From IMG/VR virus record IMGVR_UViG_3300027770_001980, positions 1 through 64,000 of that record: a DNA stretch of 64,000 nucleotides. One strand, 5' to 3'. Below, one piece after another: positions 14,430-21,761 of the stretch. A program made the position numbers and the translations under genes. Every line of letters starts with the position of its first letter. Within the stretch, counting starts at the first letter, position 1. The notes below the pieces were generated by a model. It worked only from the letters and a program-made list of their open reading frames with translations. It was not told the DNA's origin and did not search any database.

Positions 14430-14488
14430 TGGTAAAACGGCGGATTTCTACTCCCTAAATAGCAGTTCGATTCTGTTACGCCGGACCA
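14415..14488 (+). pseudogene. chimeric tRNA: foreign 5' half + 3' half of Arg(TCT)
   Basis: 3' TCTAC-TCCCT...ACGCCGG-ACCA complements 13648-13680, not the adjacent ACCCCTAT...GGCGGATT. Confidence 0.75.
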
Positions 14489-14499
14489 AAGATTTTATT

Positions 14500-14589
14500 G
14501 CGAGCGAGACTTGGAGTCCGAGGGGTCTTATATGCCCTTTCCGCCAGATTAGCGGCTTTGAGAGAGTTCGATTCTCTCCGCTCGTACCA
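14500..14589 (+). tRNA. tRNA-Ile(TAT)-like with long variable arm
   Basis: GGGT-ctTATat-GCCC, short D-arm, extra CCGC-cagatta-GCGG hairpin. Confidence 0.65.
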
Positions 14590-14638
14590 CCTATCACAAT
14601 TAGGTTCTTTTGTTAAAATATCATATAATTAATATATT

Positions 14639-15340
14639 ATGAACAATGAAAAACATCAACCTATTACAGTGGTAGTGCCTACCATGTGGAGACATTCTCC
14701 ATTTTTAGATTTTGCACAGGACTTCTTAGAATTAAATGTAGTCGAACATTTAATCATCATCGACAATGATATCTCAAGAAGACCCAACCATCCGGTATTG
14801 ACCAATTCCAAAATAACTATTTTTGAATTTGGAAAAAATATATTTGTCAATCCTGCTTGGAACTTAGGAGTCAACAACAGCAAAACTAATATTGTTTGCA
14901 TATTGAATGATGATTTAAATTTTGATATCAGATTATTCAATAGAGTATCTAAGTTTATTAAACCTGATATGGGTGCAATAGGATTGAGTAACGGAATAGC
15001 AGAATTTGGACAAACAATTTTAACTGACGGAATGATCAATTTTGAACCATTTCATGGACAGATATGTGAAGGATTTGGTAATCTCATGTTTGTACATAAA
15101 TCTACATGGAAAGATATACCCGAAGGGTTGAATATCGCATATGGAGATAATTTCATTTTCGAACAAAATCTTTACAACAATCGAACAAACTATTTTATTG
15201 TTAATATGTTTCATCACCATGCAGCATCTACCACAGTTAAAGAAGTATTAAAAGATAAAGATGTGAAAGATGTTTTTTGGCTACGAGAAAGTCTTCTATA
15301 TAAAGACATCAAGGTCAAATTAATGAATAGAACATTTTAG
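14639..15340 (+). CDS. GT2-like glycosyltransferase
   Basis: VVVPTMW, IIDND, VNPAWNLG, LNDD, YGDNFI. Confidence 0.7.
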   Translation: MNNEKHQPITVVVPTMWRHSPFLDFAQDFLELNVVEHLIIIDNDISRRPNHPVLTNSKITIFEFGKNIFVNPAWNLGVNNSKTNIVCILNDDLNFDIRLFNRVSKFIKPDMGAIGLSNGIAEFGQTILTDGMINFEPFHGQICEGFGNLMFVHKSTWKDIPEGLNIAYGDNFIFEQNLYNNRTNYFIVNMFHHHAASTTVKEVLKDKDVKDVFWLRESLLYKDIKVKLMNRTF

Positions 15341-15350
15341 AAAGAATAGT

Positions 15351-15425
15351 GGGCTTTTAGCTTAATGGTAAAGCAGTCGACTCATAATCGATTGAGTGTA
15401 GGTTCAATTCCTACAAAGCCCACCA
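15351..15425 (+). tRNA. tRNA CAT (Ile2/lysidine-type or Met)
   Basis: GTCGA-ctCATaa-TCGAT; GGGC acceptor resembles Ile2. Confidence 0.82.
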
Positions 15426-15466
15426 TATCTCAAAGTTAGAGATAAATACTCTAACCGGAGCACGTA

Positions 15467-15895
15467 ATGTTAAAAGAATATACATGTAAAGATTGTGGTA
15501 AAGAAGGAAAAGAAAATTTTTATCAATATCGATATCAATGCAAATCTTGTTGGAATAAACGCACATATCAATCAAGTAGAGATAAATTAGATTTACTCAT
15601 ACACGAAAGAGGCGGAAAATGCGAAAGATGTGGATACAATAAATGCATGGATGCTTTACAGTGGCATCATATAGATCCTACAATTAAAGAGTTTGGAATA
15701 AGCAAACAACGAGGTGCATCGATAGAAGTATTACGAAAAGAAATTGATAAGTGTTCTTTATTATGTGCAAACTGTCATGTCGAGGTACATGCAGAAATGC
15801 GAAATAAAGGATATAAAGTTGTCAGAATTACCCATCCAGAATTTAAAGAAAGATATTTTTCTGGTAAGGGATTTTTAGATTTAATGCGGGTGTGA
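15467..15895 (+). CDS. HNH endonuclease
   Basis: CERCGYNKCMDALQWHHIDP...LLCANCHVEVH. Confidence 0.85.
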   Translation: MLKEYTCKDCGKEGKENFYQYRYQCKSCWNKRTYQSSRDKLDLLIHERGGKCERCGYNKCMDALQWHHIDPTIKEFGISKQRGASIEVLRKEIDKCSLLCANCHVEVHAEMRNKGYKVVRITHPEFKERYFSGKGFLDLMRV

Positions 15896-15972
15896 TGAAA
15901 TTGGTAGACTTCCGGTCCTTAGAAGTCCGGGTTCGAAAGAGCGTGCTGGTTCGAGTCCAGTCACCCGCACCA
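15886..15972 (+). tRNA. tRNA-Leu(TAG)
   Basis: ctTAGaa loop, long variable arm. Confidence 0.85.
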
Positions 15973-15979
15973 TTATAGG

Positions 15980-16008
15980 TTGACAACTTACCTACATAGT
16001 TGTATAAT
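15980..16008 (+). promoter_or_regulatory. sigma70 promoter
   Basis: TTGACA-17-TATAAT. Confidence 0.8.
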
Positions 16009-16029
16009 TAATTTTAATAAAAGGAAAGT

Positions 16030-16206
16030 ATGAAAACAACTGCAACATTTCGATTGAATAAGCGTTTCAAAACACTTATCTCTGCTATGCCATTTAAGAG
16101 CCAAGAACAACGTGACCATTTTCGTCACATGATGATCGAGGCACAGGTAGCAGCAAATACCATTGTCAAGAGTTCTAAGGACCGTAACAACAACCGAGGT
16201 GAATAA
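16030..16206 (+). CDS. hypothetical protein (58 aa)
   Basis: AAGGA RBS; MKTTATFRLNKRFK...RGE*; coupled to rpoZ. Confidence 0.65.
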   Translation: MKTTATFRLNKRFKTLISAMPFKSQEQRDHFRHMMIEAQVAANTIVKSSKDRNNNRGE

Positions 16207-16430
16207 TGAAAACTCCAGATTTTGTTAACAGTCTTGACACCGACAAGTGTGTGTCTAACATTGGTAGCCGATTTGATTTAGTTATTGTTGCTGCTATTCG
16301 TGCCCGCGAGTTGAATCGTGGTCATAGAAAAATGGTCAATAGTCCAAATGGTAATATTGTTAGTGCTCTGCAAGAAATCGAAGCAGGACACATTGGGCGT
16401 GATTACTTGCGAAAGGTTCGTCGACCATGA
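16206..16430 (+). CDS. rpoZ: RNA polymerase omega subunit homolog
   Basis: SRFDLVIVAAIRAREL...IVSALQEIEAGHI matches the RpoZ family core. Confidence 0.8.
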   Translation: MKTPDFVNSLDTDKCVSNIGSRFDLVIVAAIRARELNRGHRKMVNSPNGNIVSALQEIEAGHIGRDYLRKVRRP

Positions 16431-16603
16431 GCAAAGGTTCCAGACAGCGTCCAACAGATCTAAATAAGTTTCGATCAAACTACGATGCTATCTTCCGAAA
16501 GCCTTCTCCAAAAGAAGTAGATGATGCTCAAGCAGAAGATGAAGCATTCAAGAGAGTTGAAGAACAGCAATCACAAGTTCGAGACAGTGACCAAGGCGGC
16601 TAA
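16427..16603 (+). CDS. hypothetical protein (58 aa)
   Basis: MSKGSRQRPTDLNKFRSNYDAIFRK...GG*; ATGA overlap. Confidence 0.6.
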   Translation: MSKGSRQRPTDLNKFRSNYDAIFRKPSPKEVDDAQAEDEAFKRVEEQQSQVRDSDQGG

Positions 16604-16616
16604 TAAATAGAGATGC

Positions 16617-16690
16617 GCCCTACTAGTACAATGGTAGTACACTGGTTTTGTAATCCTGTGATGGCAGTTCGATTCTGTCGTAGGGCACCA
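16617..16690 (+). tRNA. tRNA-Thr(TGT), copy 2
   Basis: ttTGTaa loop; weak anticodon stem. Confidence 0.8.
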
Positions 16691-16698
16691 AGAGATAT

Positions 16699-16772
16699 GC
16701 GGGGTTCGTAAAATGGTATTACCTTAGCCTTCCAAGCTAAAGTCAGGAGTTCGATTCTCCTACCCCGCTCCA
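16699..16772 (+). tRNA. tRNA-Gly(TCC), copy 2
   Basis: TTAGC-ctTCCaa-GCTAA. Confidence 0.92.
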
Positions 16773-17041
16773 AGTCTATGCAATATGTTTAGTGCTCTAT
16801 TACGCAGCCGTTGAGTAAACTCCGACTCTGATAACACGCCTTTAGCAAGATTACACTTGCGACATGTTACTTGTAAGTTATTGAAATCAGTGGTGCCACC
16901 TTGTGATTCTGGAATGACATGATCCATATGTATTTCAGAGTCTGACAAATCGTCATCACAATAAACACAGTAGAGGCCATCGCGTTCAATAACTCTACGG
17001 CGTAGATTTAATGGTATGCGTTCTTTTTTTTGTAGCATCAA
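16760..17041 (-). CDS. HNH endonuclease
   Basis: RDGLYCVYC...MDHVIPESQGG...NLQVTCRKCNLAKG. Confidence 0.85.
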   Translation of the reverse strand: MMLQKKERIPLNLRRRVIERDGLYCVYCDDDLSDSEIHMDHVIPESQGGTTDFNNLQVTCRKCNLAKGVLSESEFTQRLRNRALNILHRLGAG

Positions 17042-17076
17042 AAATATTTAGTAAATAGAGTTTTAATGTATTAAGA

Positions 17077-17151
17077 GCCTGGTTAGCTCAGGGGGAGAGC
17101 GGCTGCTTTACACGCAGCGGGTCGGCGGTTCGAAACCGTCACCGGGTACCA
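17077..17151 (+). tRNA. tRNA-Val(TAC)
   Basis: GCTGC-ttTACac-GCAGC. Confidence 0.92.
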
Positions 17152-17159
17152 GTTTTATT

Positions 17160-17891
17160 TTAAATCCATCTTGGATCCAATGGTAAATCTCTCAGAGAAT
17201 TATCAAAATTTCCGGGTGTATAAGAAATTTTGTTTGAATTTAAATGATGTCCAAGAATAGCTTCTGGACCAAAATCCAATACTTGTTTTTCATATTCTTC
17301 AAGATGATTTATGACATCCGAATAGATTGTCATAACATCAGAGTTTCCAAATGCAAATTGATCGTTTGACTGAGAAACCTCTCCATACCATCTATTGCCA
17401 GGCATGATAACAACTTGAGAACTTAGATCATAATTGTTGATATTTAATTCAATTGGTAATCCAATATCAGTTCGTGTTCTAATTACTGCATCATATTTAA
17501 AATTATTCTCTTGTTCGTAGTTTACTCTTAACTGATTAACCTTGTATAGATTATAATACATATTGAATATATTATCGGTACCTATACCTCGATAATCTCG
17601 AACAGGAGGCCATTGTTGAAGATGAACATCGGATATTTCAAATTTTTTAAGAAAATTGTTGTTTGGTAAATTTTCAATTATTTTGGATGTAGCCCATTCA
17701 ATGTCATAATTAATCCATTTATCGTGAGGTGGAATAATATGAGAATTTTTTATTTTTAAGTCTTCTCTGGTAGGACTGTTGGTAAGATACACAAACCAAT
17801 CTGCCTGATTGTAACCTTTTAAATTATTTAGAAAATTTCTGAGGTCGCCGGTGAATCTCGGTTCTCCAGGAAGTAGTATAGCTATTCTCAT
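17160..17891 (-). CDS. glycosyltransferase-like protein, paralog 2
   Basis: MRIAILLPGEPRFTGD...KYDAVIRTRTD...NDQFAFG. Confidence 0.6.
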   Translation of the reverse strand: MRIAILLPGEPRFTGDLRNFLNNLKGYNQADWFVYLTNSPTREDLKIKNSHIIPPHDKWINYDIEWATSKIIENLPNNNFLKKFEISDVHLQQWPPVRDYRGIGTDNIFNMYYNLYKVNQLRVNYEQENNFKYDAVIRTRTDIGLPIELNINNYDLSSQVVIMPGNRWYGEVSQSNDQFAFGNSDVMTIYSDVINHLEEYEKQVLDFGPEAILGHHLNSNKISYTPGNFDNSLRDLPLDPRWI

Positions 17892-17922
17892 AAATAATAT
17901 TTATGTTAGCATATAACGATGA

Positions 17923-18159
17923 TTGATTGATTATTTATTGGCTTTTTTTGCTATCTTCTTCACTGACATCTTTTATACATATTACTTGAAGGCTGTGCAT
18001 GAAGAGCAAACACTAAAGGCCAGTTGCTGGGCAACGATAGTCTATGTGGTTGCGGCAGTGGCAATTATAGAGTATAATAGTAATCATATGTTATTGATTC
18101 CAGCGGCAGCGGGTGCATTTTGTGGCACTTGGGTTGGAATGAAAATTAGAAAGAGATAA
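17923..18159 (+). CDS. small membrane protein
   Basis: About three hydrophobic segments. Confidence 0.6.
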   Translation: MIDYLLAFFAIFFTDIFYTYYLKAVHEEQTLKASCWATIVYVVAAVAIIEYNSNHMLLIPAAAGAFCGTWVGMKIRKR

Positions 18160-18160
18160 T

Positions 18161-18239
18161 CTCCGGTTCGCCTAACCTGGTTATGGCACCTCGTTTGGGA
18201 CGAGGAATAATGTGAGTTCGAATCCCACACTGGAGACCA
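18161..18239 (+). tRNA. tRNA-Pro(TGG), copy 2
   Basis: CCTCG-ttTGGga-CGAGG. Confidence 0.88.
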
Positions 18240-18246
18240 AAGAACA

Positions 18247-18410
18247 GCGGATAAGTTACATTATCCAGTATGAGTCGCTAAGGTAGGTACCTAATCCTTA
18301 GGGCAAGTAATAGTACACAATAGCGATGTAACAGGAAGTAGTGATCTACTCACCGGGACGGGCCTCAAAACGAATCCCACCAAGTTAACTCGCCATGGCA
18401 CACGGCGTAC
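18247..18410 (+). ncRNA. unassigned structured RNA
   Basis: GGATAA/TTATCC, TAAGG/CCTTA, AGTAG/CTACT, GGGA/TCCC and CGCC/GGCG hairpins between two tRNAs. Confidence 0.45.
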
Positions 18411-18438
18411 AATAGGACAAATTGTGTGGCACGAATAT

Positions 18439-18512
18439 TGCGGGATAGAGTAACGGTAATTCAGAAGTCTCATAAGCTTCAAATCTTGGTTCGATTCCAG
18501 GTCCCGCTTCCA
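18439..18512 (+). tRNA. tRNA-Met(CAT), possibly initiator-like
   Basis: GAAGT-ctCATaa-GCTTC; 1:72 mismatch, but lacks the GGG/CCC anticodon stem. Confidence 0.8.
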
Positions 18513-18517
18513 GTTTT

Positions 18518-18624
18518 AGGATGCATCCAGCAAACACTTTTTGCCACCAAAATCAGGCAGGCCGTGCAATTGGGCACCGTAGTTGAAATAGGGGTTCGAT
18601 TCCCGGCGATACTACAGCATCCTG
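18518..18624 (+). ncRNA. CAGCAA-handle RNA E5 with tRNA-elbow mimic
   Basis: AGGATGC/GCATCCT helix, CCAGCAAA, D-arm-like GTGC-AATTGG-GCAC, T-arm GGG-TTCGATT-CCC. Confidence 0.7.
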
Positions 18625-18639
18625 TTTTCCCAAATTGTC

Positions 18640-18668
18640 TTGACAAGACGCGAGTTTTGTTATACAAT
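18640..18668 (+). promoter_or_regulatory. sigma70 promoter for E6-E7-DUF2828
   Basis: TTGACA-17-TACAAT. Confidence 0.75.
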
Positions 18669-18700
18669 ATGTACATGTTAAGAAATTAACAGTAAGTTTT

Positions 18701-18833
18701 AGGTTAGGTACAGCAACTATTCATTACTATGGACTGCTACTTATCACATTCGGACATCAAACTCCGAATTTAAGTAGATAGAGGAGTTTCGATAAGTCTC
18801 CTCGATAAAAATAAAAAGTAGACAACTAACCTG
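18701..18833 (+). ncRNA. CAGCAA-handle RNA E6
   Basis: AGGTTAG/CTAACCT helix, ACAGCAAC; CTACTTA/TAAGTAG, ATTCGGA/TCCGAAT and GAGGAG/CTCCTC arms. Confidence 0.7.
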
Positions 18834-18841
18834 TTGAATAT

Positions 18842-18896
18842 AGAATGTTAACAGCAATCTTATATTTCATTTATATCGAAAATAAAATACATTCTG
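18842..18896 (+). ncRNA. CAGCAA-handle RNA E7
   Basis: AGAATGT/ACATTCT helix, ACAGCAAT, TTTC-a-ttTATat-c-GAAA; ends about 15 nt before the DUF2828 ATG. Confidence 0.65.
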
Positions 18897-18910
18897 AAAG
18901 GTAAATTAAA

Positions 18911-20326
18911 ATGAACGCATTTGTAAACGCAATCGCAAACCAAGAAGCCCGTACTGCCAATGGCATGAAGGCTCGTAAGTCAACCGCCAACAAGTGTGTT
19001 GACCTGTTCTACAACATCGGTGCAAGCCGTGGTAAGAACATCATCCCTGCATTCACTGCGGCTTATGTTGAAAACTTTGACATGGCTCTGCGTATCGCAC
19101 AATGGGCTCGTGATGTCCGTGGTGGTGCAGGCGAACGTGAACTATTCCGTAGTGTACTTGTACACTTGGAAAAGACTGATCCAGATGCCGCTATGGCTCT
19201 GTTGAAGAAGATCCCAGAAGTGGGTCGTTGGGATGACATCTTTGTCTTTCAAACTCCTGCGTTGAAGTCTGCTGCTTACACAATGTTGGGTGACGCACTA
19301 CGTGCATCAAACGGATTGGCAGCTAAGTGGACACCACGTAAGGGCAAGATCGCAGCAGAAGTCCGTGAGTTCTTCGGAATGAGCCCAAAGTTCTACCGTA
19401 AGAGTCTTGTGGCTCTGACCAAGGTCGTTGAAACACAAATGTGTGCCAAGGACTGGGACAACATCAACTTCAGTCACGTACCAAGCGTGGCTGCTCGTAA
19501 CTACAAGAAGGCTTTCGGACGTAACACTCCAAAGTTTGCTGAGTACGTGGCTGCATTGGTTAAGGGCACACCTGGTGTGAAGGTTAACGCTAACGCGATT
19601 TTCCCACACGATGTGTTGAAGGGTCTAATTGGTTCGTACAACCGTACCAAGTTGTCTAAGACAGATCTGGATCACATCACTGCACAATGGAACGCTTTGC
19701 CAAACTACGTTGGAGATGCCAGCATCCTTCCAATCGTGGACGTAAGCGGCTCTATGAGTTGCAAGGCAGGTGGTGAAGGTACTGTTACCTGTATGGATAT
19801 TTCTGTTAGCCTTGGCTTGTACTTGGCTGATAAGAACAAGGGCGTGTTCAAGGACACATTCTTGACATTCAGTGACAAGCCTGATTTGATGACTCTTAAG
19901 GGCGACATCGTCCAAAAGTTGGATCAAATGGAAACAAGCGACTGGGGTATGAGCACAAATCTACACGCAGCATTTGAAAAGATTCTGAGTGTGGCAGTTA
20001 AGGGCAATGCTCCTCAAGAAGACATGCCAGCAATGGTACTAATCTTGAGCGACATGCAATTTAACCAATGTGTTAAGCATGACGACAGTGCCATGGAAAT
20101 GATCGAACGCAAGTTCGAAGCAGCCGGATACACTTGTCCAAAGGTTGTTTTCTGGAACCTAAACAGTTCTGGCAATGTACCAGTCAAGTCAGATAAGAGC
20201 GGTGCCGCTCTTGTAAGTGGATTTAGTCCAGCAATCATGGCCAGCTTGCTGGGTGCGGATGTGGAACAATTCACTCCAGAAGGTATCATGCGTAAGACTG
20301 TAATGGTTCCACGCTACGATCTGTAA
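18911..20326 (+). CDS. DUF2828-family Ro60/TROVE-like vWA protein
   Basis: T-NG start, VDLFYNIGASR, ARDVRGGAGER, GRWDD, AKWTPR, MIDAS DVSGSM, SDMQF, FWNL, LVSGFS; strongly biased codon usage. Confidence 0.8.
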   Translation: MNAFVNAIANQEARTANGMKARKSTANKCVDLFYNIGASRGKNIIPAFTAAYVENFDMALRIAQWARDVRGGAGERELFRSVLVHLEKTDPDAAMALLKKIPEVGRWDDIFVFQTPALKSAAYTMLGDALRASNGLAAKWTPRKGKIAAEVREFFGMSPKFYRKSLVALTKVVETQMCAKDWDNINFSHVPSVAARNYKKAFGRNTPKFAEYVAALVKGTPGVKVNANAIFPHDVLKGLIGSYNRTKLSKTDLDHITAQWNALPNYVGDASILPIVDVSGSMSCKAGGEGTVTCMDISVSLGLYLADKNKGVFKDTFLTFSDKPDLMTLKGDIVQKLDQMETSDWGMSTNLHAAFEKILSVAVKGNAPQEDMPAMVLILSDMQFNQCVKHDDSAMEMIERKFEAAGYTCPKVVFWNLNSSGNVPVKSDKSGAALVSGFSPAIMASLLGADVEQFTPEGIMRKTVMVPRYDL

Positions 20327-20347
20327 CAGTTATAGAGATATAACTCC

Positions 20348-20383
20348 AAACCCTGCCAACCTCGGTTGACAGGGTTTTTTTTT
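20348..20383 (+). terminator. intrinsic terminator overlapping next promoter
   Basis: AAACCCTGCCAAC-CTCG-GTTGACAGGGTTT + T-tract; TTGACA(20366)-17-TATAAT(20389). Confidence 0.85.
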
Positions 20384-20400
20384 GAGTGTATAATATAGTC

Positions 20401-20628
20401 ATGTATAAAGTAACTTATGACAACATAGAAATAAACTGTTCTTCATTGGAAGAAGCAATGTCTTTCTCAAAGAAGACTAACAAATTTGTAAACATCAAAG
20501 GTCCGGACTTCGAAGTCTGTGGTATATTCGGTGTTGACAGTGTTCGGGATGGTAAGACACCAGATGGAGTAGCATACACATGGAACAAGGCCAGCCGCAT
20601 TGGCCGTGTCCAGAAAGCACTTGTATAA
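20401..20628 (+). CDS. hypothetical protein
   Basis: ORF after promoter; start at MYKVTY. Confidence 0.6.
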   Translation: MYKVTYDNIEINCSSLEEAMSFSKKTNKFVNIKGPDFEVCGIFGVDSVRDGKTPDGVAYTWNKASRIGRVQKALV

Positions 20629-20632
20629 AATC

Positions 20633-21193
20633 ATGGATAAAAATCTCGAATCTTATGTAAGAGTATATACAGATGTGTTTAGCCATGATTTTTGTAAACA
20701 AGCCGTAGAAGAACTAAAAAATTCAAATTTTGAAATTCATAGATTTTATGACCCTAAAAAAAATTCATATCAATCATTTGATAAAGAATTATCGGTAAGC
20801 AATTATAAAATTTCAAGAGAGGTAGAATTATATGAAGGAGTATGGAATTCCTTACAAAATTATGTATATGATTTTAAATTTCCATGGTTCGCCGGATGGA
20901 ATGGTTTCCTTGAAATACGATTCAACCAGTACAAAATAAATACCCAAATGGCAGAACATTGTGATCACATTCATAGCATGTTTGATGGACAGAGAAAAGG
21001 AATACCGGTTTTGAGCGTGGTAGGAGTATTAAACGACGATTACGAAGGTGGTGAGTTTATTATGTGGCAGGACACCAAAATAGAACTTATAACCGGAGAT
21101 GTTTTGATATTTCCTTCTAATTTCTTGTACCCCCACCGTGTAAATGAAGTAACCAAAGGTACACGTAATACATTTGTATCCTGGGTATGGTAA
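20633..21193 (+). CDS. 2OG-Fe(II) oxygenase (P4H-like)
   Basis: HCD...LNDDYEGGEF...FPSNFLYPHRVNEVTKGTR. Confidence 0.88.
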   Translation: MDKNLESYVRVYTDVFSHDFCKQAVEELKNSNFEIHRFYDPKKNSYQSFDKELSVSNYKISREVELYEGVWNSLQNYVYDFKFPWFAGWNGFLEIRFNQYKINTQMAEHCDHIHSMFDGQRKGIPVLSVVGVLNDDYEGGEFIMWQDTKIELITGDVLIFPSNFLYPHRVNEVTKGTRNTFVSWVW

Positions 21194-21202
21194 GGATGAA
21201 TC

Positions 21203-21397
21203 ATGAAAATTAATAGAATAGTTAACGAACACTTAAAGGCTTACCAAATTACCCAACAGACTTTGGAAAAGCAAAAGGAACAACAGTTCCAACATGCTGT
21301 AGAAAAGAAAAGACTGGATAGGATTGAGGAAACCCGAGTCGAAAGAGCCAAAAGATTAGGACTGGATAAAGGTACTAATGTAGATTTAGATTGTTAA
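21203..21397 (+). CDS. hypothetical protein
   Basis: ORF with RBS. Confidence 0.6.
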   Translation: MKINRIVNEHLKAYQITQQTLEKQKEQQFQHAVEKKRLDRIEETRVERAKRLGLDKGTNVDLDC

Positions 21398-21411
21398 CAG
21401 AAAGGTAAATC

Positions 21412-21648
21412 ATGACATATAGAACAATTACCACAGATGTTGAAGTTGACTTGTCAGAGTTCGACACTGAGGATCTTATCGAAGAGTTAGAAGACCGGGG
21501 AGAATGGCCCGGAATCAGTTCCGGTGACGTTCAATTTGATGCTAAAGAATTGCTGGAAACAATCTGGAAGAAGCGTCGACTGGGAAACCACGATTACCAA
21601 ACAGAACTGGACCAGTTGATCTATGCTGTATTAGGTCATGTCATATAA
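21412..21648 (+). CDS. hypothetical protein
   Basis: Acidic ORF with RBS. Confidence 0.65.
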   Translation: MTYRTITTDVEVDLSEFDTEDLIEELEDRGEWPGISSGDVQFDAKELLETIWKKRRLGNHDYQTELDQLIYAVLGHVI

Positions 21649-21761
21649 TGTATATTACCAACCAGCGCGGCGACATTAAATTGCCATATGAACCCGGATT
21701 GTTAGAATGGTTGAATGAGAAATATCCATATTCAAAATATCGTATCGTAGAAAGTAAATAA
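21648..21761 (+). CDS. hypothetical 37-aa protein
   Basis: TAATG coupling at both ends; MYITNQRGDIKLPYEPGLLEWLNEKYPYSKYRIVESK*. Confidence 0.5.
   Translation: MYITNQRGDIKLPYEPGLLEWLNEKYPYSKYRIVESK

Noticed and set aside
13681-14446. Group I intron in tRNA-Arg(UCU)
   Set aside because: No terminal G at the junction and no recognisable P7 core; the insert contains a whole tRNA and an ORF running to its end.
18537-18553. Gly(GCC) anticodon mimic in E5
   Set aside because: The better fold is TTTTG-CCAC-CAAAA with a 4-nt loop; the 7-nt loop register needs a closing mismatch.
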